Origin: Callorhinchus milii
Taxonomy: Eukaryota
Direction of reading: 5' to 3'
Assembly: GCF_018977255.1 (NCBI RefSeq)
Contig: NW_024704742.1
Coordinates: forward strand, 101,248,001 to 101,312,000
DNA length: 64,000 bases
The translations under genes were made by a program, and so were the position numbers. The notes below the pieces were generated by a model. The model worked only from the letters and a program-made list of their open reading frames with translations, was not told the DNA's origin and ran no database searches. This document shows positions 1 to 13,889 of this stretch, piece by piece. Numbering within the stretch: the first letter of the stretch is position 1; each line of letters begins with the position of its first letter.

Positions 1-74
1 ATGATCAATCTATCTGGAGATGGTAGGTCCAGAAACTGGGAGTTTCTCCCAGTACTTTTAAAAGACAGGACTAC

Positions 75-330
75 AGCAATTTATAGCACCCTTCATGTAG
101 GGTAACATTTGAGAGTTCTTTACGGACAGGGTTAGGCGCCGGGGAGAGCCAGTCGCCTTAGGTGTGTTCACAGAGTTAGGATTGGGGGTGGGACTTAAAG
201 ACACAAAGAGAGGAGTGAGATGGAGCGATAGAGAGAGGGAGATCCATAGGTTGGTGGCATAGTTTTAATGGCCCATTTGAGTTTTCACAGCTACTCGTTG
301 AATTAACTGATTGAGTATTCAAGGACAAGG
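75..330 (-). mobile_element. Degenerate L2 LINE 3' end
   Basis: Reverse complement resembles the L2 tail variant seen at 25960-26022 and 43595-43655. Confidence 0.5.
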
Positions 331-1310
331 GGAGAGTTTGGTTCTTGACTCCAAGCAATGGAAAGTCATGCTATCTTTAAGATAAGACTATTGAAATGAG
401 GAATTCTATTGCTCTCCCTGTTACAGTATTTAGTATTTCAAGTACTCCTGGCAATGCCCAGCTATTTGTAATCACATCAGCAATAGCCAGCAGGGTTTTG
501 TCAACTAGACTACGCAACACCAATGAACTCCCACATCTGTTCTCCCTCTGATGATTGGAAATTATAAAATCAGCCTGCTGCAAAGATAAAACTTGATTCA
601 ATCGCAGCCCAATACTGAACTGAATTATGAAACTGAATCAATGGAAACATTTACAAATGATGTGAACATGAGTGACAAGCAGGCTCCTCCATAATGTCTT
701 TCCTTGTTACAGATTGATGGGAATGCGAGACGTAGTCTACTGGTGCCTCAAACCTCATGTCTGCTCTGTTTCCTTCATGTTCCTTGCCAAACTGTGGGTG
801 CCCAGAAACTCTTGGTAAGGCAGGAAATATGAGGCCTGGTAATTTATAGAGAAATGAATCACAGCTGTTTTGCCCGCAGTTTAAACACAGAGCTTTCATT
901 GAGCGCAGGAAAATCAGACGCTGTAGCAGTACAAATTATAAGATGCTGCAATTCATGAGGCATTTTGTTAAGATCTATATATAGCTTTGTGGCATGGGGA
1001 TGGGAAAGGAAAACAAGTGGAATATATCTTTTGTGAAAGGTATTCTAAGTTAAAACTGTTCCATGTGTCCAGTGTGCACCACAATACCTGTAGTGTTTTG
1101 CTTCAGTATAATAGATATGACCTTTCTAACTAAAATGTATGTATGATAGTGGGTTGCTGTGAGGAACCATTGAGGAAACATTTTCCTCTCAGCAGAATGG
1201 AACAACTATGTTCTAACAGCAGAATGAATAGGTCTCTCAGTATAGTCGGTAAATCCTCCCTCTCCCTCCGAGAAGCAATGCATTGAGATGGGCTTTGGAT
1301 TTTGTGATTC

Positions 1311-1690
1311 ATAATAATAATCTTTACATTTAGTAGAGTGCCTTAACATGTAATTGAGATGTCTCAAAGCCCTTCACAGGATATACTGTAAAGTGGATTA
1401 ACTGTATTTTGTGGACGAAATAATAAAAATCATCCTTGCAATTAACATAGTGCCTTTCATGTTGGAAGAAGTTCTCAAAACACTTCACTGGATTTATTCT
1501 AAGGGATTGTTGGTCAGGATACTGGGAGAAGATCTCTTCTGTTTTTGAATAGTGAAGGATCTTTAACATCCCCATCGCTGAGTGCAAGATCAGATTTTGG
1601 TTCATCTTCTCATTCAAGGACAGCACTTTCGACAATGCAGCATTCCTCCTGGAGTATCAGCCTACTAAGCTGTGATTGCCTTGTTTGCCT
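1311..1690 (-). mobile_element. Deu-domain SINE fragments (two tails plus body)
   Basis: (aat)n tails with ccttgca/cttcacagg motifs and a body matching the reverse complement of 8174-8620. Confidence 0.6.
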
Positions 1691-2109
1691 ACAATGCAGT
1701 CAATACTTGAGATCTATTCCTTGTGAAGAGTTTTAAGACATTGCAAAATTGTAGATGCCATAAAAAAAATACAAGGGTTATTATACAGATCTGCAGGAAG
1801 GTTCGAGTTTCCTGTTCGTGCTGAGTTGATGTCAGCTAGGGGATGCTAAAATTAGTCTCAGTCTCTAGAGTTAAGCAAAGGAAAAATAGCTCAAATTCCT
1901 GCTCCTGGGCAACTTTTTAGGAACAACAACAACTTGCATTTATATAGAGTCATCCATGCCGGGCAGGGTCGTGGAGCACTTAGAGCCAAACCCTCCTAAA
2001 ATCCCCTCTCCCCTAGCTCAATGTTTCATTTCACTGCCATTGACACTCTCCCAAATCATCAAAGAGGTATCAATGAATTGCTAAGCAAATTTTGATGAGA
2101 CAATTGTTG

Positions 2110-2450
2110 GCGGTTGGGATCAGGAGGGGTGGAGGACGGGGAGGGTAGGGATAAGAGGGTGATCAAAGGCACGGATGAAGAAGAGGGTCTTGAAATGGGT
2201 CTTGAAAGAAGCAAGGGAGGGGGCAAAGCAGAGGGATTGTGGGATGAAGTTCCAGAGTGTGGTGGCAGAAAGGCTGAAGGCCCACCAACAGTGGGATGGA
2301 CAAGGCAGGGGACGTGAAGCAGACCGGAGCCCGCAGAGCGGAGGGAGCGGACAGTTTGGTAGGGGGTTAGGAGGTCACAGAGGTAGGGAGGAGCAACGCC
2401 CATGGAGGGCTTTGAAGGTGACAACCAGGATATTAAATTGTATCCTCTGA
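2110..2450 (-). mobile_element. L2 LINE 3' fragment
   Basis: Encodes APPYLCDLLTPYQTVRSLRSAGSGLLHVP, the L2 ORF2 C-terminus. Confidence 0.85.
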
Positions 2451-2944
2451 AACGTTAAACCAAGGTTTTTGTTTTCTTACAATTTGAATCCATCTGGAAC
2501 ACCCTGCTTTATTATGGTAAAGAATGTTAAGCAGCAGGTTACCAAAGACCACTGAGAAAAGCATTTGCTATTGTTCCAGCAGACCTGATATAAACCATTG
2601 TCATGCATTCTATCCAGTTTATCTCTTGAGAGAGGAAGACATTGAGAGAAGATAAGGTTGTGCCGTTTCTTCTGTACTCCCAAATGTAATCAAGCTAAAA
2701 AGGTTCAGGAAATTGAACTATTATTATAAATGACATTATTCAACTTGGATCAGTCTGTTCTTTAGATGACATTTCCATTATCCTGGCAAGACAGAATTCA
2801 GCATTCTACAGAGAATTTCTGCCTCTACCTTGTCTTATCATTTTCATGTCATTCTTAACTAGTAAGTCATCCAGCTCCTCTTTAAATAATTACTTCACAA
2901 AAGATGAACTGCTGTTGAGGGCTCTCTATTCCAAATACCAACTT

Positions 2945-3190
2945 CTTGGCCCCACCCTCTGGAATTCCATCCCACAGTCCCTGCACCTCACCCCCTGCCT
3001 CGCCACCTTCAAGACCCATCTCAAGCCCCTCCTCTTCGACCGTGCTCTCAATCTCCCTGCTTCCCCCCCTGCCCTCCATCCTACCCGACCCCAGCCCCCA
3101 GCTCAGGTCCGAAACTCTGTCTGTCCAGCACCTTGAGACGTCTTCCTGATGTGAAAGGTGCTATACAAATATAATTTTTTTGTTGTTGTT
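2945..3190 (+). mobile_element. L2 LINE extreme 3' end
   Basis: PTLWNSIPQSL...FKTHLK, followed by the stem-loop tail and (ttg)n. Confidence 0.85.
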
Positions 3191-3254
3191 CTTTTCGAGA
3201 GAGTTAACAAAAAAATCGAGATTCTAGTCTTGCTCAACACTTGACCGTTTTACA

Positions 3255-3900
3255 ATTTAGCGTTGTTCCCAAATCCATTTGTTTTATTGTCAATAAATGA
3301 GGTCAGGCTAAATGGTCTGTAGTTGCCAAGTATGGCTCTCTCATTTTTCTTGAATATAATCACAGGATCACAAGACTTGTGACTTTGTGCGCATATCCTG
3401 TGATGATATTCAAGAAAGGTGACACAGCCATAATAATTAACCATTATAGACCATTTAGTACAGATTGAATCAATCAGTGGAAGTGAAATAGAAGATTATC
3501 TATGCAGAAAATAAGCTAATGAATGATAGGTAATAAAACATCAGAAGGGGAAGACCTTGTTTGACCAAACTCATAGGACAGTGTTGAGGCAGTGGCGTCA
3601 TAATTTGACAGAGAGAAGCCAGGTGATTTAGTATATCTATACTTCTGAAATGCTTTGAAGACATACCACATGAGAGTCTGCTTTACGTATCACTGTGTAC
3701 AGGTAATAAGTGTAAGACCTTAATGTGGACAAGTAACCAGTCAAATTGAAGGAAGTAGAGAGAGATTATAAGTGGAACATGATCAAAATGAGGAGAGAAG
3801 TTGAATATGCTGAGCCTCAAAGGATCCGTGTTGTGATTCTTCCTATTACCAATATATACAAATGATCAGGATTTGTAGACCTTGTGCAAGACATTTAAAT
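3255..3900 (+). mobile_element. Old CR1-clade LINE RT fragment with an inverted 5' duplicate
   Basis: Minus 3370-3255 encodes VIIFKK...GNYRPFSLTS. Plus 3396-3900 carries decayed IFKKGD/YRP, CLTKL, DLVYL, PH and QGSVL motifs. Confidence 0.7.
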
Positions 3901-5734
3901 TCTAATCTCCTGATTGCTGGTAGGTCTATGGGGACTCCCGTCCTGTGTGCTGCCGGATTCTGACAATTTTCTGCTCACAAACTGCTGCTGAAAACAATAT
4001 CAATATTATAGTAATGAGTTACTCAAACATCAGGATGGCTTTTTTTTTACTGAAACATAAACCCTAACCCATAAAAAAAACGCATTCTCAGCATGAGAGA
4101 GAGAGGCCCAAGAGTGGAGGAGAGAGAAAAAAATACAAAATCAGGATCAAAGTGTTATGGAGTTAAAGGAAATATGGAATTGGTGTTCAGAGAACCTATG
4201 CAGCATTGGAATTTCAATGCAGTGTACAATATGGTAGTGTTGATAACTTTATGCAGAATTCATGACCATGACAGTCAGTTGGAAGCACCTAATAAGCCTT
4301 ACAATTGCACCTAATCTTAGCCTTAAAACCATTTTGTCTTAAGATTGAAGAACATGCTTCAAAGTGCAAATTTTTAAATTAACAATAATAAGTATTATAT
4401 TTGATATAGCCCCTTCCATGTTAGGAGAATGTCTCAACGTACTTTATATGATTTACTGTATTGTAAAGTCTAGTCAGTGTGTATTTTGTAGGTGAATGTG
4501 GCAGCAAGTTTGCAGCAACATCTCACAAACAGCTATGAAGTGAATGATCAATTTTATTACATTTTGTTCTAACTAGAAAACCAGTTCTCTGAAGTTCTTC
4601 AAATTAAGACTAAATATAGGAGTTTTCCATAATTCTACGCAATCTGAAATTTTAAAACAAAATTTTCTGAACAGGTTAAGACTCGGACAAAGAATATCCA
4701 CCTGGGTCTGGGTAGATTCTATTTACGTAGCATTTCAGAGAAACCAGAATTTGTTAAATTCTTAAATACAGTCTTAATTTTGAAGCTGGTTTTCTGTAAG
4801 TTCTTTTAAGAAGTACAGGTAACCAACTACAAACTTCAGACTAAATTCAACAATTTGCCAAAAATTTGGACCGAGTTTACATTTCTCCCCCTTAGAGCAC
4901 TAAATGGCAGGAAAGAAAGGAGCAGCTCTGTAGCTTAAAGTCTCCCTGGTAATGGCAATGACAAAGGTCCAGATGTAACGGTTTTATCTAACCAGTTAGT
5001 CAGGGAATGGAGTGGAACGTGTGCAACACAGAGAGAAAAATGATAAAAGAATTGGCAAAGAATAAAGTTTGGAATTTGGTTGTTATTCAGCTCTGTTTGC
5101 TGTTTGCAACATCAAAGATTTTCTAAAACCCCCTGTTTTGCTGGCAGCAGTCCTCTGCTTCCAAGCAAACACATTTCAGACAAAGCAATGGAAAATTTTC
5201 TACACAGTCAAGATGATGGGACTGTGCTCAAAACACGTTATTGTTCAGTTATCACACGGACAGACACAGAAGTGCTCATCTTCAATCTATTTGGAAGCTA
5301 TTATCTGAACAACTGTCAGCTGCATTGGTGGAATAAGTCATTCAATGTACACATGACTGCATGAGATCATCACTGGTCTACATTGATCCATCACAGCAGC
5401 CTGAAAACAAATGTTGAATGTTGTAAAGAATTTTTACAAATATTTTTTTCCCCACAAATGATTGATAGGAAACTTTCTGATGGCTGTCAAGACATTTAGG
5501 ATATTGGGATTGAAAAAAAACACTCATTGGGTCTATGGATGTGTAAATAGTACCACACCACTGAAAAAATCAGCTAAGGACATAATGTGTTTACGTTTAC
5601 AGTATTTGGGCTTCTAAGCATTTTGAGGCTTTAAATCATATCAATCTTCAATCTTCTTTTTTCAAGGAAAATATGTTCAACTCTCACAATTTAAGACCTT
5701 AAATGCTAAAATCATCCTTTTTTGAATCCCAATG

Positions 5735-5955
5735 CAATGTTGAATAGTAGATCTGTGGTACAGGCTCCCTAGGGAGATGGTTGAAGCAGGAAGTGTTGAT
5801 TCTTTCATACACAGATTGGATAGATTTCTTTTAGGAAATAACATTACGGGTTATAATACATAGGTAGTTTGGGACATGTGAGCACCAGGAAGGTGGAAGG
5901 CGAACTAAATGGACCTTGGTCTTTTTTCATCTAGTATTTCTTATGTTCTTGTGCT
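5735..5955 (+). mobile_element. CR1-type LINE 3' end
   Basis: W.RLPREMVEA...F...LDRFL C-terminus, then the 3' UTR and a ttcttatgttcttgtg tail. Confidence 0.7.
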
Positions 5956-5984
5956 AATGTCCTTTTGAATGTAGTGTCCTCAAA

Positions 5985-7710
5985 ATTTGTCATCCTGGAA
6001 CCAAACAACAATCCAAATCCGCAGTTTTTCCACCATCCGTCAACTCCTTCGTGCAACCCTCTATCTTCACATCAAATGACAAGTGCGAAGACCTAGACGT
6101 CTTTGCCTCAAAGATTGAAAACGTCTGCTTGGCTGCATCGTCCTCCACCCCCCCCACCCATGTCCTCTTCCACCCACCCAGACCATCCACACCGCTTTCT
6201 CCCTCTGCCTCGGCTCCTGCCACTCCCCCCTCCTTACACTCCCTTTCCCCCATTTCTCCCTCCTCCCTCTCAACCACAAACACACGCATTAAATTCACCA
6301 CCTGCTGCATCGACCCACTCCCCATCCAGCTGCTGGTCACTCAACTCCTCCTCCTCTCCCTACCGCTTGCCCACATGGTCAACCAGTTTCTCTCCTCAGG
6401 CTCTGTTCTACTCACTGAAAACTGCTGCTATCACACCACTCCTCAAAAATCCCATCTTCAATCCCTCTAATCTCTCAAACTGGCTTCCTATTTTCAACCT
6501 ACCCTTCCTTGCCAAAGTCCTGGAACGCATTGTTGCAGGTCAACTTCGGTCACACCTCTCCCTCCACTCCCTCCTCGAGCTGCTGCAATCTGGTTTTCAC
6601 CCACAGCACAAAGACAGCGCTTGTCAAAGTCACAAATTGCATTCTCTCTATCTGTGACCAGGGCTCCCTCTGTCTCCTCGTCCTCCTGGATCTCTCTGCA
6701 GCGTTCGACACAGTCAACAACACCATCCTCTTCCACTACCATTCCTCCCTCATCCACCTTAGAGGGACCGCTTTTCACATAATTCGAGTCCTACTTAACC
6801 AAACGCCACCATTTCATCTCGGCAAATAGTTTCTCTTCCGCCCCCACCCGGTTACTTACCGGGTACCCCAGGGCTCCATCCTTGGCCCTCTTCTTTTTCT
6901 TATCTATAAACTCCCGCTGGGTGATGTCATCCTCAGACATGGGGTAAACTTCCATATGTATGCGGATGACACACAAATCTATTTTGCCTCTTCCAATACC
7001 GACTCCAGGCCCGTGAATGTTCTATCAGCTTGTCTGGCAGACACCAGGGCAAACTCTCTACATCTGAATGTGGACAAGACAGAAGCCATACCCCCTGGCT
7101 CCCGTCAACGTCTTCACTCCCGTGGATCTAAACTCCTCAACCTCCCTGGGCTCTCCCTCACACTCACCGAACCAGTGCGCAATCTAGGTATCCGGTTCGA
7201 CCCCCAGCTGTCTTTCCTCCCCCACATCAGGTCCCTGACCAGGACCACTTTCTTCCACGTCTGCCACACTACAGGGCTCTGACTGTACCTTACCCCAAAT
7301 GCAGCTGAAATCCTTGTGCATCCGTTTTCAAATGCACTCCTCGCCGGTCTCCCCAGCTCCAATATCCAAAAGATCCAGCTCATTCAGAATTCTCCTGCCC
7401 GCATACTTACCCACATCTTACCAGTTCTGGCCAGGCTCCACTGACTCCCCATCACCGAACAGATTGACTTCAAGATCCTCACATTTGTGCTCAAATCCCT
7501 TCACTCTCTGGCATCTCCATACCTCTCCGACCTCCTCAATCCACCACCCGATGCCTCCGTTCAACTGACACCGGCCTTCTGCTCATCCCTCGCAACCTCC
7601 ACCCCACCATCGGAGATTGGGCTTTCAGCAACTACCCCCCAAAACTCTGGAACACTGTCCCTCAATCCCCCCACTTTGCCGCCTCTCACCCCTTTTTCAA
7701 GTCCTGCCTG
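5985..7710 (+). mobile_element. L2 LINE ORF2 (RT) remnant, about 1.7 kb, frameshifted
   Basis: Successive frames give NLPFLAKVLERIV, LQSGF, LVLLDLSAAFDTV, MYADDTQIY and VRNLGIRFDPQLSF. Confidence 0.93.
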
Positions 7711-8173
7711 ACTTTGGCCGTGTATTAGGCATTAAGTAAGTGGGGTATAATCCATGGTTGGGTTGATTGCACATCATGTGCAAAAGGAACAATCTTTGTT
7801 AGCCGTTGGAACTTCATTTGTTCCATGTTTTCTTATGTCCTGTAACTTCAATCTGTGGCGGTTTCTCAACCACCTTTGTGTTAATCTACACGTATGGTAC
7901 AGAAATCAGGCAGCAGATGCTTATGCAGATAGCCTGAAGCCATATCAAATACATTGTGGGATACAATTTGCAGTGCTGCTTATTCAATGCCAGCAAACTA
8001 ACCATGGCTCACTAGATAGTGGCGCACCCCTCCGGCTGCTTTCTTTTTAGCTACCAGTTCCATAATAATAAATATTTCATGTTGAATAATGGTCAGCCAT
8101 TATTCAAGCTCTAAGATCATTCCTCTAAAACTTTAATTAACGCAGATATTAATTCCAAAGGAGCTGATAGATT

Positions 8174-8620
8174 GTGTGTCAGCTTAGTGCAATGGTAGCA
8201 CTCTCGCTTCTGATTCAGAAGGTCGTGGATTCAAGCCCACCTTGGGACTTGGAATCATATAGTTTGAACTGATGCTCCACTGCAGTGCTGGGGGTGTGCT
8301 GCATTATTGGAGGTGCCATCCTTCGGGTGAAATGTTAAACTGAGGTCCCATCTGCCTGTTCAGGTGGATGTTAAAGATTCCTATTCAAAAAGAGAAGGGC
8401 GTTTCTCCCGTTGTCCTGAGCCAACACTTCCCCAAATAAAATTCATCATCTTTTCATGGCTGTTTGTGTGAAATGATGTGCACAACTGGCTGCTGCGTTT
8501 TGTCCACAAAATGCACAGTCACTCCGCTTTACAGTATATCGTGTGAAGCCCTTTGTGATGTCTCAATGACGATATAAGGTGCTACATCAATGCAATCATT
8601 ATTATTATTATTATTATTAT
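8174..8620 (+). mobile_element. Full-length old tRNA-headed Deu-domain SINE (SacSINE1/AmnSINE1-like)
   Basis: A-box/B-box head, Deu core ggaggtgccatccttcgggtgaaatgttaaactgaggtccc...ttaaagat, L2-like tail and (att)n. Confidence 0.8.
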
Positions 8621-9671
8621 ATGCAAAGAAGAGTCACCAAAATAAAACAATTAGAAAAAAAACAGATTCAACGCCAGTCAATTTGATTGCACATTCAATA
8701 TGTATCATATCCAATCTACCTGGATTATGACAGAAATAGCAATGGCCTCAACACAATTCTCAATGGGGAGGTCTGTAAAGCAGACTCATGGTATTGGACT
8801 TCTGGCTCGAAGATCGTAGCTCTCCCCAATGGGTTAGCTGTGTATTATTGGCATACCAGAATTTTATTAAACAAAAACCCACAGTAGCTAATATCGGCTA
8901 ACCAGAAAAAAAGACATTTTCCACACCCCAATTGAGTATAGCATCAGGGGTTCATCTCCAGCATATTAAATGTGATAAATATTGAATGAGCCATTAAATC
9001 AACTCCAGTAACCATTTGTAGCCTGAACCTAAATGAGCCATAAAAGGCAGGGAGCAACACTGCTCTTGAAAGCATGCCCAGGCATTTCCTGTTGTTGTGC
9101 AGCTTTCTCTGTGTGAGTCCCTAGTTAGTTCCTGTGTAATCCAATCGTAAGTGAAAATGACCAGAAAAAGTATGGGGACAATTAAACCGCTGATTACTAA
9201 AAGCATGTAATATAATAAGTTTGTTCCAAAAAAATTGAGTGGTTCCTGCAGTTTTTAAAGTTTCTTTACAGCTGCGTTGGAATTGGACATAATTGAACTA
9301 TAATGTTATTGATTTATGTTAGCATTAGTTTTATTCCTACATCCATATCACAAATGTGAGGGAATGGATGGTAGCCATGCTGGAAACAATTAATGAGCAG
9401 CACTATTCTCAAGCCCATATGATTTCATGTAATTCTACCTGAGATCACAGGACCTTGACACCAGTGGGTAAACAGTTTGGTTTAATTGGCAGAAGTCTGC
9501 GTCAGATCGCAACACTTCATCTCTGAGAGAGACCAGGAACATAGCCGGAGATTAAGCAGAGGCATACTTATTATAAAGGATTCTATTGCTAAGTCCTTAT
9601 TAAAGAATCCCATTGAAAAAATACTGCAAATTATCAGTATCAATTTATTATTAACTATTCTCTCTACACCA

Positions 9672-10145
9672 CATCAGTGCCATGACCCACTCTGCCTTCC
9701 CCACCTCTGCAATATTGCTCGGCTCCGCCACTGTCTCACACCACAGGCCGCTGAAACCCTCATACACGCATTCATAATACCGAGGCTTGATAATGCAAAC
9801 TCCCTGCTTGTCGGCCTCCCCAACTCCTCCCTCCATAGGCTGCAGATCATCTGGAACTCTGCAGCCTGTGTCCTCTCCCACACCAGGCTCTATGACCCTA
9901 TCATCCCCATCCTCGCCCAACTCCACTGGTTTCCCATCACACAGAGGATACAGTTCAAAATCCTGGTCCTCACCTTCAAAGCCCGCCATGGCTTGCTCCC
10001 CACTACCCTGCGACCTCCTAACCCCTACCATCTTGCCCGATCCCTCCACTCAGCAGGCTCTGGTCTGCTTCACGTGCCCCACCTCCCAGCCCCACCATTG
10101 GCCGGCCGGGCCTTCAGCCTCCCTGACCCCCACCTTCTGGAACTC
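9672..10145 (+). mobile_element. L2 LINE ORF2 C-terminal fragment
   Basis: NIARLRHCLTPQAAETLIHAFIIPRLDNANSLL...LHWFPITQRIQFKILVLTFKA. Confidence 0.9.
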
Positions 10146-10300
10146 TACAGGCTCATTGGTGATCTTTAACATGAATAACCCACATTTTATTTTTACTAGA
10201 CTGAGTAATAGTCAGATAGATTTCAACTAGCAACCATCACAAGGGTAGCAAATTGATCCAGAACAAAGGAACGTGTTACACATGTACAGATGAAATGTTA

Positions 10301-10647
10301 GGGTGAAAATTGTGAGGTGTGAAAGTTGATGAAATTTGCAGTCAAAGCTCCCCTTCCCCATCCAACATTGGCAAAGCTATTGGATTAGAATTCTCCATTA
10401 GAGTTACTGGTGTGCAGAGTTACTGTTTTGATGTGGCTCAACAAAAGACCTGAGTTAAGCCAGTATCCTGGAACTGGGAGTGAATTGTCATATTCCCACC
10501 CTGTAACTCCAAACGTGGCTCTGCATGGCTTTGGATCCAATCACTATAACTTGAAGAGTGGGTGGGCGGGAAGCCAGACGGAAACAAGGGGCTACCCACA
10601 TGGATTGTGGACAACCATGTGGTAATCACATCTCACAATTTTCATCC
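10301..10647. mobile_element. MITE-like element, 347 bp
   Basis: TIRs gggtgaaaattgtgaggtgtga / tcacatctcacaattttcatcc (20/22 match), flanked by TGTTA on both sides (10296-10300, 10648-10652). Confidence 0.75.
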
Positions 10648-11258
10648 TGTTATTCCTTTACGAGGAAAGCAGGCCAACAGCATGTTGTTAAGAATAAACC
10701 AAAAATGACCAAGTTTCAGTTAACTTCAGGTTGATATATATACAATATACATACTGATTTATGCAAAACTGATATACCTTGCCTGGGATAAGTCGTTAAC
10801 ACCACATAATGCGTCACTCACTGAATATCCCAGCTGTTTCCCATAAGTAATATTAATTATGATCCTCTGATAACTAATCACCTGGATGTCTCATAATGTC
10901 AGATTTTTGCACTTTTACGATGGTGTTTCTATGTAAAATACCTCTGATAACTCGTTAATTTATTGAGTCTTCAAATCAAGCTATTTTCCTTCCCTTAATG
11001 AGTCTCACTACAAATACATTTGTTCGGCAATTAAATAACCTGCAGAGAAACTTCTTTTAGAAATCATCTTTAAGGTTCATACTTCTGAGAAACCCATGAA
11101 AACATAGACAAGTTCACAAATATACATTGAGTGTTCATTGAATGAAATTTTAAACATTTCACAATGTGTTTTCTGTGATCACAAGTAACATGAAAGACTG
11201 CAAATTTCATCCCTATAAGAATCAATCCAGGTTTGAGTGGCACACTTGAGAACCAGAG

Positions 11259-11863
11259 ATGTTCATGCCTTCATCATCTCCAGGCTCGACTATGCAAACG
11301 CCCTGCTTGTCGGCCTTCCCAACTCCTCCCTCCACAGGCTGCAGGTGATCCAGAACTCTGTAGCCTGTGTCCTCTCCCGCACCAAACTCCGTGACCCCAT
11401 CTCCCCCATTCTCACCCAAATCCATTGGCTCCCTATCCTTCAGAGGATCCAGTTCAAGATCTTGGTCCTCACATACAAAGCCCTCGATGGCGTCACCCCA
11501 CCCTACCTCTGTGACCTCCTAACCCCTTACCAACTCACCCGTTCCCTCTGCTCAGCTGGCTCCGGCCTGCTCCACGTCCCCCGACCCAACCGCCCCACAA
11601 TTGGCGGGAGAGCCTTCAGCCATTCTGCGCCCAACCTCTGTAATTCCATCCCCCAGTCACTCCGCCTCGCCCCCTCCTTAGCCTCCTTCAAGTCCCGCCT
11701 CAAGACCCTCCTCTTCGACCATGCCATCGGCCACCCACTTTCCCCTCCCCTCCCTTCTCCCCCACTGACCCCAGCTCGGGTCTGAAATGCTGTACACTGT
11801 CCAGAGCCTTGGGACGTCCTCCCGACGTGAAAGGCGCTATACAAATGTAATTTTGTTGTTGTT
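11259..11863 (+). mobile_element. L2 LINE 3' fragment with intact tail
   Basis: VHAFIISRLDYANALL...FKSRLKTLLF, then tail gggacgtcctcccgacgtgaaaggcgct and (ttg)n. Confidence 0.93.
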
Positions 11864-13889
11864 TTTGAAACAACAATTTATTAAAATTGGATTGCCGTCT
11901 ATAGCTTGATTGGAGTCCACCAATCCCCGTATATATTTTTAAAAAAGCTCATTAATAATGATAAAATAAGTTAACCTCCATTTAAAGCAAACAGTAAGAC
12001 CCCACCAAATACGTACACATCCAGGCAGCGGACTAAACTACTGTACAACTGCACACAAGACTGTTTCAAACAGCCAGAATCATACAATGCATGCAAACTC
12101 GAAACAAGGAATTGAAGCATTTTTGTACACCAGAGAAATCCTTGCATCCACAGAAATGCCTTCACATAAGCACAAGGTCAAGGAATTCTATCATTTTTTC
12201 CTTGGATTTTTTTTTGCACAGGATATTTATAGGGAACATGTCATGGACTTCACTGAGATATGTGTGGCTGACAGCATGTCAGGACATAGCCCTGATAAAC
12301 ACCTCCATAAATGAAACTGATGGAAAACTCATGAATGGCAGTTTCAACAGGTTTTTTGTCAACTCCATGAGTGAAAATGTTTATTATATCACACAGCAGA
12401 CCATTCCATATTTTATAATAACGTAAAGCTTACTGAGGACGGAAAAAGGAGACTTGCCTAACAAGCCTGTTCTGTTTGATGAATCTCAACCCGACCTGTC
12501 TGCCTTCTCAACATATCAGTCAAACTGTTCGCTTCCTTCACACAACACATCTAGTTTGTTTTTGAACTCACTGTCTGTTTCATATATTCTGTTGCTCTTC
12601 TTTTCAATAAGTCTTTTTTTCTTTGCTTCCTTTACTATCACACTAATTATTGTCCATATCTTTCAGACTAAATCAGATATAATAATAATTATCCTCTTGC
12701 ATTGATATAGTGTCTTCAAGTTGGGAGGCTGCCTTAAAACGCTTGCCAGATTCACTGTAAAGTGTAGTGACTGCATATTTTGTAGGCGAGTGTAAATCTA
12801 ATAAGACTTACAATGGTTTCCATTAAAAAAACATAAAATCTTAATGTATATTCTTTCAATGCTCATTACTAAGATTGACTTTTCCACCTCCAGAACATTG
12901 CTCACTTATATACCTTTCTCATCTCCTCTCCTGAGGAATTCCTCGATCGTGAATTTGCTACCTTAAGGAAATATCTCCTTGCTCTCCTCAGCATTCTCTC
13001 TATTCCCCTCACTGGCTTCTACACTCTCCACGGCCATCTCAGTTAATACAATTTGGAGCCAGGAGGGTCTACATTATTCCAGGGTACTGCTGATGACAGT
13101 CCAGCCAGCCTGACTCATTGTCAGGACTTAGAAAGGCAGACCAGTCACTGAGAGCAGGGATTCCACTCACTCAGCTCGTGTTAACCCTGCAAACCAAGTG
13201 GGGTGGTCCTAGCTGGATCAGCAATGGAACACCAGCCGGATAGCAATATTGATGGTAAGCAGTGCAGTTTTAGTTCCTTAAACTCAAGCAGTACACCAAC
13301 GCGCATTGTGGTGTCCCCAAGCCTTGATTCTTGCATCCTGTACCTAACATTCTCCAGAATTAGATAAGCAACAACAACAAATTCCATTTATATAGCACCT
13401 TTTGCATGGCGAGGACGTCCAAGGCGCTGAAAGCACTTAGCAAAGTGTGCATTCCATTCCAGACAAAGGGAAATTTCCATCATTTCCATGGTGCTGGGAT
13501 TGTTCATTTGTCAGACCAAAAACGGCAAAAATGTTGTCACAAAACTCATTATCATCAGGTTGAAGGCACGACCGCTGATAGCGGGGCGAGCCGGGCGGTA
13601 CATGGAGCAGGCCAGAGCCTGCTGAGTGGAGACTGATGAATCTTTGAGATGTCAGTCTGTGTTTGCAAGTTCAGATCTTATTAAAGTTAGGTTCAAGATG
13701 TATAATGCCGTGGAGTACTTTGTACATTCTGGTAGCCTTGACATAAGGGACAGCACAGCTCCCAGAAAAAATGCAGATGACAGCATCAAGGCTGATACCT
13801 TGTTGTTAGATGGATACGTTCTTTCCTTATACTCTCTATATTTTCTCAAGTATCCAATTATTTTATAAATGCTGTTATGAACTACGCGT

